A stretch of 64,000 bases of DNA from Eledone cirrhosa (Eukaryota). Every line of letters starts with the position of its first letter. Positions within the stretch are counted from its first letter, which is position 1. A program made the translations under genes and the position numbers. The notes below the pieces were generated by a model. The model had not been told where the DNA came from. It saw only the letters and a list, made by a program, of their open reading frames with translations, and made no database searches. The DNA is taken from the NCBI GenBank assembly GCA_964016885.1, contig OZ024741.1:409014001-409078000 (forward strand). Direction: 5' to 3'. Shown one piece after another: positions 1-13,000 of this stretch.

Positions 1-3000
1 TTTAAAAGGAAGACTCTACCTATTTTAAAAGGAAGACTGTACCTATTTTAAAAAGAAGACTGTGTACCTATATTAAAAGGGAGACTGTGTACGCATTTTA
101 AAAGGATGAGTGTGTACCTATTTTAAATGGGAGACTGTACCTATTTTAAAAGGACGACTGTACCTATTTTAAAAGGAAGACTGTACCTATTTTAAAAGGA
201 AGACTGTGTACCTATTTTAAAAGGGAGACTGTACCTATTTTAAAAGGAAGACTCTACCTATTTTAGAAGGAAGACTGTGTACCTATTTTAAAAGGGAGAC
301 TGTACCTATTGTAAAAGGAAGACTGTACCTATTTTAAAATGAAGACTGTACCTATTTTAAAAGGAAGACTCTACATATTTTAAAAGGAAGACTGTGTACT
401 TATTTCAAAAGGGAGACTGCACCTATTTTAAAAGGGAGACTGTACCTATTTTAAAAGGAAGACTGTACCTATTTTAAAAGGAAGAGTGTACCTATTTTAA
501 AAGGAAGACTGTGTACCTATTTTAAAAGGAAGACTGTACCTATTTCAAAAGGAAGACTGTGTACCTATTTTAAAAGGGAGACTATGTTCCTATTTTAAGA
601 GGAAGAAGATACCTATTTTAAAAGGAAGACTGTGTACCTATTTTAAAAGGGAGACTGTACCTATATTAAAAGGAAGATTGTGTACCTATTTTAAAAGGAA
701 GACTGTACCTATTTTAAAAGGACGACTGTACCTATTTTAAAAGGGAGACTGTACCTATTTTAAAAGAAAGACTCTACCTATTTTAAAAGGAAGACTGTGT
801 ACCTATTTTAAAATGAAGACTGTACCTATTTTAAAAGGAAGACTGTGTACCTATTTTAAAAGGGAGACTGTAACTATTTTAAAAGGAAGACTGTACCTAT
901 TTTAAAAGGAAGACTACCTATTTTAAAAGGAAGATTGTGTACCTATTTTAAAAGGGATACTGTACCTTTTTTAAAAGGAAGAATGTACTTATTTTAAAAG
1001 GAAGACTGTACCTATTTTAAAAGGGCGACTGTACCTATCTTCAAAGGGAGACTACCTATTTTAAAAGGGAGACTGTGTACCTATTTTAAAAGGAAGACTG
1101 TACCTATTTTAAAAAGAAGACTGTGTACCTATTTTAAAAGGGAGACTAAGTACCTATTTTAAGAGGACGAAGATACCTATTTTAAAAGGAAGATTGTACC
1201 TATTTTAAAAGGGAGACTGTACCTATTTTAAAAGGAAGACTCTACCTATTTTAAAAGGAAGACTGTACCTATTTTAAAAAGAAGACTGTGTACCTATATT
1301 AAAAGGGAGACTGTGTACGCATTTTAAAAGGATGAGTGTGTACCTATTTTAAATGGGAGACTGTACCTATTTTAAAAGGACGACTGTACCTATTTTAAAA
1401 GGAAGACTGTACCTATTTTAAAAGGAAGACTGTGTACCTATTTTAAAAGGGAGACTGTACCTATTTTAAAAGGAAGACTCTACCTATTTTAAAAGGAAAA
1501 CTGTGTACCTATTTTAAAAGGGAGACTGTACCTATTGTAAAAGGAAGACTGTACCTATTTTAAAATGAAGACTGTACCTATTTTAAAAGGAAGACTCTAC
1601 ATATTTTAAATGGAAGACTGTGTACTTATTTCAAAAGGGAGACTGCACCTATTTTAAAAGGGAGACTGTACCTATTTTAAAAGGAAGACTGTACCTATTT
1701 TAAAAGGAAGACTGTACCTATTTTAAAAGGAAGACTGTACCTATTTTAATAGGAAGACTACCTATTTTAAAAGGAAGATTGTGTACCTATTTTAAAAGGG
1801 AGACTGTACCTATTTTAAAAGGAAGAATGTACTTATTTTAAAAGGAAGACTGTACCTATTTTAAAAGGGCGACTGTACCTATCTTCAAAGGGTGACTACC
1901 TATTTTAAAAGGGAGACTGTGTACCTATTTTAAAAGGAAGACTTACCTATTTTAAAAGGAAGACAGTGTACCTGTTTTAAAAGGGAGACTGTGTACCTAT
2001 TTTAAAAGGGAGACTGTGTACCTATTTTAAAAGAAAGACTTACCTATTTTAAAAGGAAGACTGTGTACCTATTTTAAAAGGGAGACTGTACCTATTTTAA
2101 AAGGAAGACTGTACCTATTTTAAAAGGAAGACTCTACATATTTTAAAAGGAAGACTGTACCTATTTTAAAAAGAAGACTGTGTACCTATTTCAAAAGGAA
2201 GACTGTGTACCTATTTTAAAAGGAAGACTAAGTACCTATTTTAAGAGGACGAAGATACCTATTTTAAAAGGAAGACTGTACCTATTTTAAAAGGGAGACT
2301 GTACCTATTTTAAAAGGAAGACTCTACCTATTTTAAAAGGAAGACTGTACCTATTTTAAAAAGAAGACTGTGTACCTATATTAAAAGGGAGACTGTGTAC
2401 GCATTTTAAAAGGATGAGTGTGTACCTATTTTAAATGGGAGACTGTACCTATTTTAAAAGGACGACTGTACCTATTTTAAAAGGAAGACTGTACCTATTT
2501 TAAAAGGAAGACTGTGTACCTATTTTAAAAGGGAGACTGTACCTATTTTAAAAGGAAGACTCTACCTATTTTAGAAGGAAGACTGTGTACCTATTTTAAA
2601 AGGGAGACTGTACCTATTGTAAAAGGAAGACTGTACCTATTTTAAAATGAAGACTGTACCTATTTTAAAAGGAAGACTCTACATATTTTAAATGGAAGAC
2701 TGTGGACTTATTTCAAAAGGGAGACTGCACCTATTTTAAAAGGGAGACTGTACCTATTTTAAAAGGAAGACTGTACCTATTTTAAAAGGAAGAGTGTACC
2801 TATTTTAAAAGGAAGACTGTGTACCTATTTTAAAAGGAAGACTGTACCTATTTCAAAAGGAAGACTGTGTACCTATTTTAAAAGGGAGACTATGTTCCTA
2901 TTTTAAGAGGAAGAAGATACCTATTTTAAAAGGAAGACTGTGTACCTATTTTAAAAGGGAGACTGTACCTATATTAAAAGGAAGATTGTGTACCTATTTT

Positions 3001-5400
3001 AAAAGGAAGACTGTACCTATTTTAAAAGGACGACTGTACCTATTTTAAAAGGGAGACTGTACCTATTTTAAAAGAAAGACTCTACCTATTTTAAAAGGAA
3101 GACTGTGTACCTATTTTAAAATGAAGACTGTACCTATTTTAAAAGGAAGACTGTGTACCTATTTTAAAAGGGAGACTGTAACTATTTTAAAAGGAAGACT
3201 GTACCTATTTTAAAAGGAAGACTACCTATTTTAAAAGGAAGATTGTGTACCTATTTTAAAAGGGATACTGTACCTTTTTTAAAAGGAAGAATGTACTTAT
3301 TTTAAAAGGAAGACTGTACCTATTTTAAAAGGGCGACTGTACCTATCTTCAAAGGGAGACTACCTATTTTAAAAGGGAGACTGTGTACCTATTTTAAAAG
3401 GAAGACTGTACCTATTTTAAAAAGAAGACTGTGTACCTATTTTAAAAGGGAGACTAAGTACCTATTTTAAGAGGACGAAGATACCTATTTTAAAAGGAAG
3501 ATTGTACCTATTTTAAAAGGGAGACTGTACCTATTTTAAAAGGAAGACTCTACCTATTTTAAAAGGAAGACTGTACCTATTTTAAAAAGAAGACTGTGTA
3601 CCTATATTAAAAGGGAGACTGTGTACGCATTTTAAAAGGATGAGTGTGTACCTATTTTAAATGGGAGACTGTACCTATTTTAAAAGGACGACTGTACCTA
3701 TTTTAAAAGGAAGACTGTACCTATTTTAAAAGGAAGACTGTGTACCTATTTTAAAAGGGAGACTGTACCTATTTTAAAAGGAAGACTCTACCTATTTTAA
3801 AAGGAAAACTGTGTACCTATTTTAAAAGGGAGACTGTACCTATTGTAAAAGGAAGACTGTACCTATTTTAAAATGAAGACTGTACCTATTTTAAAAGGAA
3901 GACTCTACATATTTTAAATGGAAGACTGTGTACTTATTTCAAAAGGGAGACTGCACCTATTTTAAAAGGGAGACTGTACCTATTTTAAAAGGAAGACTGT
4001 ACCTATTTTAAAAGGAAGACTGTACCTATTTTAAAAGGAAGACTGTGTACCTATTTTAAAAGGAAGACTGTACCTATTTCAAAAGGAAGACTGTGTACCT
4101 ATTTTAAAAGGGAGACTATGTTCCTATTTTAAGAGGAAGAAGATACCTATTTTAAAAGGAAGACTGTGTACCTATTTTAAAAGGGAGACTGTACCTATAT
4201 TAAAAGGAAGACTGTGTACCTATTTTAAAAGGAAGACTGTACCTATTTTAAAAGGACGACTGTACCTATTTTAAAAGGGAGACTGTACCTATTTTAAAAG
4301 AAAGACTCTACCTATTTTAAAAGGAAGACTGTGTACCTATTTTAAAATGAAGACTGTACCTATTTTAAAAGGAAGACTGTGTACCTATTTTAAAAGGGAG
4401 ACTGTAACTATTTTAAAAGGAAGACTGTACCTATTTTAAAAGGAAGACTACCTATTTTAAAAGGAAGATTGTGTACCTATTTTAAAAGGGATACTGTACC
4501 TTTTTTAAAAGGAAGAATGTACTTATTTTAAAAGGAAGACTGTACCTATTTTAAAAGGGCGACTGTACCTATCTTCAAAGGGAGACTACCTATTTTAAAA
4601 GGGAGACTGTGTACCTAATTTAAAAGGAAGACTGTACCTATTTTAAAAAGAAGACTGTGTACCTATTTTAAAAGGGAGACTAAGTACCTATTTTAAGAGG
4701 ACGAAGATACCTATTTTAAAAGGAAGATTGTACCTATTTTAAAAGGGAGACTGTACCTATTTTAAAAGGAAGACTCTACCTATTTTAAAAGGAAGACTGT
4801 ACCTATTTTAAAAAGAAGACTGTGTACCTATATTAAAAGGGAGAGTGTGTACGTATTTTAAAAGGATGACTGTGTACCTATTTTAAATGGGAGACTGTAC
4901 CTATTTTAAAAGGAAGACTGTACCTATTTTAAAAGGAAGACTGTACCTATTTTAAAAGGAAGACTGTGTACCTATTTTAAAAGGGAGACTGTACCTATTT
5001 TAAAAGGAAGACTCTACCTATTTTAAAAGGAAGACTGTGTACCTATTTTAAAAGGGAGACTGTACCTATTGTAAAAGGAAGACTGTACCTATTTTAAAAT
5101 GAAGACTGTACCTATTTTAAAAGGAAGACTCTACATATTTTAAAAGGAAGACTGTGTACTTATTTCAAAAGGGAGACTGCACCTATTTTAAAAGGGAGAC
5201 TGTACCTATTTTAAAAGGAAGACTGTACCTATTTTAAAAGGAAGACTGTACCTATTTTAAAAGGAAGACTGTGTACCTATTTTAAAAGGAAGACTTTTAC
5301 CTATTTCAAAAGGAAGACTGTGTACCTATTTTAAAAGGGAGACTATGTTCCTATTTTAAGAGGAAGAAGATACCTATTTTAAAAGGAAGACTGTGTACCT
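1..5400 (+). repeat. Higher-order repeat block: ~1226-bp unit (~52 monomers) nested in a 2308-bp duplication (1226+1082)
   Basis: Marker ACGCATTTTAAAAGGATGAG at 91, 1317, 2399 and 3625, with a diverged copy at 4851 (spacings 1226, 1082, 1226, 1226). TTAGAAGG at 264 and 2572 and GGAAAACT at 1495 and 3803 are both offset by 2308. Confidence 0.9.
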
Positions 5401-7099
5401 ATTTTAAAAGGGAGACTGTACCTATTTTAAAAGGAAGACTGTACCTATTTTAAAAGGAAGACTGTACCTATTTTAAAAGGGAGACTTACCTATTTTAAAA
5501 GGAAGACTGTGTACCTATTTTAAAAGGGAGACTGTACCTATTTTAAAAGGAAGACTGTGTACGTATTTTAAAAGGGAGACTGTACCTATTTAAAAAAGAA
5601 GACTGTACCTATTTTAAAAGGAAGACTCTACATATTTGAAAAGAAAGACTGTGTACCTATTTTAAAAGGGAGACTGCACCTATTTTAAAAGAGAGACTGT
5701 ACCTATTTTAAAAGGAAGACTGTACCTATTTTAAAAGGGAGACTGTACCTATTTTAAAAGGAAGGCTCTACCTATTTTAAAAGGAAGACTGTACCTATTT
5801 TAAAAGGAAGACTGTGTACCTATATTAAAAGGGAGACTGTGTACGTATTTTAAAAGGAAGACTATGTACCTATTTTAAAAGGGAGACTGCACCTATTTTA
5901 AAAGGGAGACTGTACCTATTTTAAAAGGAAGACTGTTTACCTATTTCAAAAGGGAGACTGTACCTATTGTAAAAGGAAGACTGTACCTATTTTAAAAGGA
6001 CGACTGTGTACCTATTTTAAAAGGAAGACTGTACCTATTTTAAAAGGGAGACTGTCTACCTATTTTAAAAGGGACACTGTACCTATTTTAAAAGGAAGAC
6101 TGTACCTATTTTAAAGGGGAGACTGTGTTCCTATTTTAAAAGGGAGACTGTCTACCTATTTTAAAGGGGAGACTGTGTACCTATTTTAAAAGGGAGACTG
6201 TACCTATTTTAAAAGGAAGACTGTACCTATTTTAAAAGGAAGACTGTGTACCTATTTTAAAAGGGAGACTGTGTACCTATTTTAAAAGGAAGACTGTGTA
6301 GCTATTTTAAAAGGGAGACTGTGTACCTATTTTAAAAGGAAGACTGTGTACCTATTTTAAAAGGGAGACTGTACCTATATTAAAAGGAAGACTGTGTACC
6401 TATTTTAAAAGGAAGACTGTACCTATTTTAAAAGGACGACTGTACCTATTTTAAAAGGAAGACTGTACCTATTTTAAAAGGAAGACTATGTACCTATTTT
6501 AAAAGGGAGACTGTGTACCTATTTTAAAATAAAGACTTACCTATTTTAAAAGGAAGACTGTGTACCTATTTTAAAAGGGAGACTGTACCTATTTTAAAAG
6601 GAAGACTGTACCTATTTTAAAAGGAAGACTCTACATATTTTAAAAGGAAGACTGTACCTATTTTAAAAAGAAGACTGTGTACCTATTTCAAAAGGAAGAC
6701 TGTGTACCTATTTTAAAAGGGAGACTATGTACCTATTTTAAGAGGACGAAGATACCTATTTTAAAAGGAAGACTGTACCTATTTTAAAAGGGAGACTGTA
6801 CCTATTTTAAAAGGAAGATTCTACCTATTTTAAAAGGAAGACTGTACCTATTTTAAAAAGAAGACTGTGTACCTATATTAAAAGGGAGACTGTGTACTAT
6901 TTTAAAAGGATGACTGTGTACCTATTTTAAATGGGAGACTGTACCTATTTTAAAAGGAAGACTGTACATATTTTAAAAGGAAGACTGTACCTATTTTAAA
7001 AGGAAGACTGTGTACCTATGTTAAAAGGGAGACTGTACCTATTTTAAAAGGAAGACTCTACCTATTTTAAAAGGAAGACTGTGTACCTATTTTAAAAGG

Positions 7100-10000
7100 G
7101 AGACTGTACCTATTTTAAAAGGAAGACTGTGTACCTATTTTAAAAGGAAGACTGTACCTATTTTAAAAGGGAGACTTTGTACCTATTTTAAAAGGAAGAC
7201 TGTACCTATTTTAATAGGAAGACTGTGTGCCTATATTAAAAGGGAGACTGTGTACGTATTTTAAAAGGAAGACTGTGTACCTATTTTAAAAGGGAGACTT
7301 ACCTATTTTAAAAGGAAGACTGTACCTATTTTAAAAGGAAGACTGTACCTATTTTAAAAGGAAGACTGTGTACTTATTTTAAAAGGGAGACTGTACCTAT
7401 TTTATAAGGAAGACTCTACCTATTTTAAAAGGAAGACTGTACCTATTTTAAAAGGAAGACTGTGTACCTATTTTAAAAGGAAGACTGTACCTATTTTAAA
7501 ATGAAGACCGTGTACCTGTTTTAAAAGGGAGACTGTGTACCTATTTTAAAAGGGAGACTCTACATATTTTAAAAGGAAGACTGTGTACCTATTTTAAAAG
7601 GGAGACTGTACCTATTTTAAAAGGAAGACTGTGTACGTATTTTAAAAGGGAGACTGTGTACCTATTTTAAAAAGAAGACTATACCTATTTTAAAAGGAAG
7701 ACTCTACCTATTTTAAAAGGAAGTCTGTGTACCTATTTTAAAAGGGAGACTGCACCTATTTTAAAAGGGAGATTGTACCTATTTTAAAAGGAAGACTGTA
7801 CCTATTTTAAAAGGAAGACTGTACCTATTTTAAAAGGGAGACTGTACCTATTTTAAAAGGAAGACTGTACCTATTTTAAAAGGAAGACTGTGTACCTATT
7901 TTAAAAGGGAGACTGTACCTATTTTAAAAGGAAGACTGTACCTATTTTAAAAGGAAGACTGTGTACCTATTTTAAAAGGGAGACTGTACCTATTTTAAAA
8001 GGAAGACTGTACCTATATAAAAAGGAAGACTGTACCTATTTTAAAAGGTAGACTGTGTACCTATTTTAAAAGGGAGACTCTACATATTTTAAAAGGAAGA
8101 CTGTGTACCTATTTTAAAAGGAAGACTGTACCTATTTTAAAAGGAAGATTGTGTACCTATTTTAAAAGAGAGTCTGTAACTATTTTAAAAGGAAGACTCT
8201 ACTTATTTTAAAAGGAAGACTGTACCTATTTTAAAAGGGAGACTGTGTACCTATTTTAAAAGGGAGACTGTACCTATTTTAAAAGGAAGACTGTGTACCT
8301 GTTTTAAAAGGGAGACTGTACCTATTTTAAAAGGGAGACTCTACCTATTTTAAAAGGAAGACTGTACCTATTTTAAAAGGAAGACTGTACCTATTTTAAA
8401 AGGAAGACTGTGTACCTATTTTAAAAGGGAGACTGTACCTATTTTAAAAGGAAGACTGTACCTATATAAAAAGGAAGACTGTACCTATTTTAAAAGGGAG
8501 ACTGTGTACCTATTTTAAAAGGGAGACTGTACCTATTTTAAAAGGAAGACTGTACCTATTTTAAAAGGAAGACTGTGTACCTATTTTAAAAGGGAGACTG
8601 TGTACCTATTTTAAAAGGAAGTCTGTGTACCTATTTTAAAAGGGAGACTGGGTACCTATTTTAAAAGGAAGACTGTGTACCTATTTTAAAAGGGAGACTG
8701 TACCTATTTTGAAAGGAAGACTGTGTACCTATTTTAAAAGGAAGACTGTACCTATTTTAAAAGGAAGACTGTACCTATTTTAAAAGGAAGACTGTGTACC
8801 TATTTTAAAAGGGAGACTGTGTAGCTATTTTAAAAGGAAGACTGTGTACCTATTTTAAAAGGGAGACTGTACCTATTTTAAAAGGAAGACAGTGTACCTA
8901 TTTTAAAAGGAAGACTGTACCTATTTTAAAAGGAAGACTGTACCTATTTTAAAAGGAAGACTGTACCTATTTTAAAAGGAAGACTGTGTACCTATATTAA
9001 AAGGGAGACTGTACCTATTTTAAAAGGAAGACTCTACCTATTTTAAAAGGAAGACTGTGTACCTATTTTAAAAGGGAGACTGTACCTATTGTAAAAGGAA
9101 GACTGTACCTATTTTAAAAGGAAGACTGTGTACCTATTTTAAAAGGAAGACTGTACCTATTTTAAAAGGAAGACTGTACCTATTTTTAAATGAAGACTGT
9201 GTACCTGTTTTAAAAGGGAGACTGTGTACCTATTTTAAAAGGGAGACTGTGTACCTATTTTAAAAGGAAGACTTACCTATTTTAAAAGGAAGACTGTGTA
9301 CCTATTTTAAAAGGGACACTGTACCTATTTTAAAAGGAAGACTGTGTACGTATTTTAAAAGGGAGACTGTACCTATTTTAAAAAGAAGACTGTACCTATT
9401 TTAAAAGGAAGACTCTACATATTTTAAAAGGATGACTGTGTACCTATTTTAAAAGGGAGACTGCACCTATTTTGAAAGGGAGACTGTACCTATTTTAAAA
9501 GGAAGACTGTACCTATTTTAAAAGGAAGACTGTACCTATTTTAAAAGGAAGACTGTGTACCTATATTAAAAGGGAGACTGTGTACGTATTTTAAAAAGAA
9601 GACTGTGTACCTATTTTAAAAGGGAGACTTACCTATTTTAAAAGGAAGACTGTACCTATTTTAAAAGGAAGACTGTACCTATTTTAAAAGAACGACTGTG
9701 TACCTATTTTAAAAGGGAGACTGTACCTATTTTAAAAGGAAGACTCTACCTATTTTAAAAGGAAGACTGTACCTATTTTAAAATGAAGACTGTGTACCTA
9801 TTTTAAAAGGAAGACTGTACCTATTTTAAAATGAAGACTGTGTACCTGTTTTAAAAGGGAGACTGTGTACCTATTTTAAAAGGGAGACTGTGTACCTATT
9901 TTAAAAGGAAGACTTACCTATTTTAAAAGGAAGACTGTGTACCTATTTTAAAAGGAAGACTTACCTATTTTAAAAGGAAGACTGTGTACGTATTTTAAAA

Positions 10001-13000
10001 GGGAGACTGTGTACCTATTTTAAAAAGAAGACTGTACCTATTTTAAATGGAAGACTCTACCTATTTTAAAAGGAAGACTGTGTACCTATTTTAAAAGGGA
10101 GACTGCACCTATTTTAAAAGGGAGATTGTACCTATTTTAAAAGGAAGGCTGTACCTATTTTAGAAGGAAGACTGTGTACCTATTTTAAAAGGAAGACTGT
10201 ACCTATTTCAAAAGGAAGACTATGTACCTATTTTAAAAGGGAGACTGTTTACCTATTTTAAGAGGAAGAAGATACCTATTTTAAAAGGAAGACCGTGTAC
10301 CTATTTTAAAAGGGAGACTGTACCTATTTTAAAAGGAAGACTGTACCTATTTTAAAAGGAAGACTGTACATATTTTAAAAGGAAGACTGTGTACCTATTT
10401 TAAAAGGGAGACTGTGTACCTATTTTAAAAGGAAGACTGTACCTATTTTAAAAGGAAGACTGTACCTATTTTAAAAGGAAGACTGTACCTATTTTAAAAA
10501 GAAGACTGTACCTATTTTAAAAGGAAGACTGTACCTATTTTAAAAGGAAGACTGTGTACCTATTTTAAAAGGAAGACTGTACCTATTTCAAAAGGAAGAC
10601 TGTGTACCTATTTTAAAAGGGAGACTATGTTCCTATTTTAAGAGGAAGAAGATACCTATTTTAAAAGGAAGACTGTGTACCTATTTTAAAAGGGAGACTG
10701 TACCTATTTTAAAAGGAAGACTGTACCTATTTTAAAAGGAAGACTGTACCTATTTTAAAAGGAAGACTGTGTACCTATATTAAAAGGGAGACTGTGTACG
10801 TCTTTTAAAAGGAAGACTGTGTACCTATTTTAAAAGGGAGACTTACCTATTTTAAAAAGAAGACTGTACCTATTTTAAAAGGAAGACTGTACCTATTTTA
10901 AAAGGAAGACTGTGAACCTATTTTAAAAGGGAGACTCTACCTATTTTAAAAGGAAGACTGTACCTATTTTAGAAGGAAGACTGTTTAACTATTTTAAAAG
11001 GAAGACTATACCTATTTTAAAATGAAGACTGTGTACCTGTTTTAAAAGGGAGACTGTGTACCTATTTTAAAAGGGAGACTGTGAACCTATTTTAAAAGGA
11101 AGACTTACCTATTTTAATAGGAAGACTGTGCCTATTTTAAAAGGGAGACTGTACCTATCTTAAAAGGAAGACTGTGTACGTATTTTAAAAGGGAGACTGT
11201 GTACCTATTTAAAAAAGAAGACTGTTCCTATTTTAAAAGGAAGACTGTACCTATTTTAAAAGGAAGACTGTACCTATTTTAAAAGGAAGACTGTACCTAT
11301 TTCAAAAGGAAGACTGTTTACCTATTTTAAAAGGGAGACTATGTACCTATTTTAAGAGGAGGAAGATACATATTTTAAAAGGAAGACTGTACCTATTTTA
11401 AAAGGGAGACTGTACCTATTTTAAAAGGAAGACACTACCTATTTTAAAAGGAAGACTGTACCTATTTTAAAAGGAAGACTGTGTACCTATATTAAAAGGG
11501 AGACTGTGTACGTATTTTAAAAGGAAGACCGTGTACCTATTTTAAATGGGAGACTGTACCTATTTTAAAAGGAAGATTGTACCTATTTTAAAAGGAAGAC
11601 TGTACCTATTTTAAAAGGAAGACTGTGTACCTATTTTAAAAGGGAGACTGTAACTATTTTAAAAGGAAGACTCTACCTATTTTAAAAGGAAGACTGTACC
11701 TATTGTAAAAGGAAGACTGTACCTATTTTAAAAGGAAGACTGTGTACCTATTTTAAAAGGAAGACTGTACCTATTTTAAAAGGGAGACTTTGTACCTATT
11801 TTAAAAGGAAGACTGTACCTATTTTAATAGGAAGACTGTGTGCCTATATTAAAAGGGAGACTGTGTACGTATTTTAAAAGAAGACTGTGTACCTATTTTA
11901 AAAGGGAGACTTACCTATTTTAAAAGGAAGACTGTACCTATTTTAAAAGGAAGACTGTACCTATTTTAAAAGGAAGACTGTGTACTTATTTTAAAAGGGA
12001 GACTGTACCTATTTTATAAGGAAGACTCTACCTATTTTAAAAGGAAGACTGTACCTATTTTAAAAGGAAGACTGTGTACCTATTTTAAAAGGAAGACTGT
12101 ACCTATTTTAAAATGAAGACCGTGTACCTGTTTTAAAAGGGAGACTGTGTACCTATTTTAAAAGAGAGACTCTACATATTTTAAAAGGAAGACTGTGTAC
12201 CTATTTTAAAAGGGAGACTGTACCTATTTTAAAAGGAAGACTGTGTACGTATTTTAAAAGGGAGACTGTGTACCTATTTTAAAAAGAAGACTATACCTAT
12301 TTTAAAAGGAAGACTCTACCTATTTTAAAAGGAAGTCTGTGTACCTATTTTAAAAGGGAGACTGCACCTATTTTAAAAGGGAGATTGTACCTATTTTAAA
12401 AGGAAGACTGTACCTATTTTAAAAGGAAGACTGTACCTATTTTAAAAGGGAGACTGTACCTATTTTAAAAGGAAGACTGTACCTATTTTAAAAGGAAGAC
12501 TGTGTACCTATTTTAAAAGGGAGACTGTACCTATTTTAAAAGGAAGACTGTACCTATTTTAAAAGGAAGACTGTGTACCTATTTTAAAAGGGAGACTGTA
12601 CCTATTTTAAAAGGAAGACTGTACCTATATAAAAAGGAAGACTGTACCTATTTTAAAAGGGAGACTGTGTACCTATTTTAAAAGGGAGACTCTACATATT
12701 TTAAAAGGAAGACTGTGTACCTATTTTAAAAGGAAGACTGTACCTATTTTAAAAGGAAGATTGTGTACCTATTTTAAAAGAGAGTCTGTAACTATTTTAA
12801 AAGGAAGACTCTACTTATTTTAAAAGGAAGACTGTACCTATTTTAAAAGGGAGACCTTGTACCTATTTTAAAAGGGAGACTGTACCTATTTTAAAAGGAA
12901 GACTGTGTACCTGTTTTAAAAGGGAGACTGTACCTATTTTAAAAGGGAGACTCTACCTATTTTAAAAGGAAGACTGTACCTATTTTAAAAGGAAGACTGT

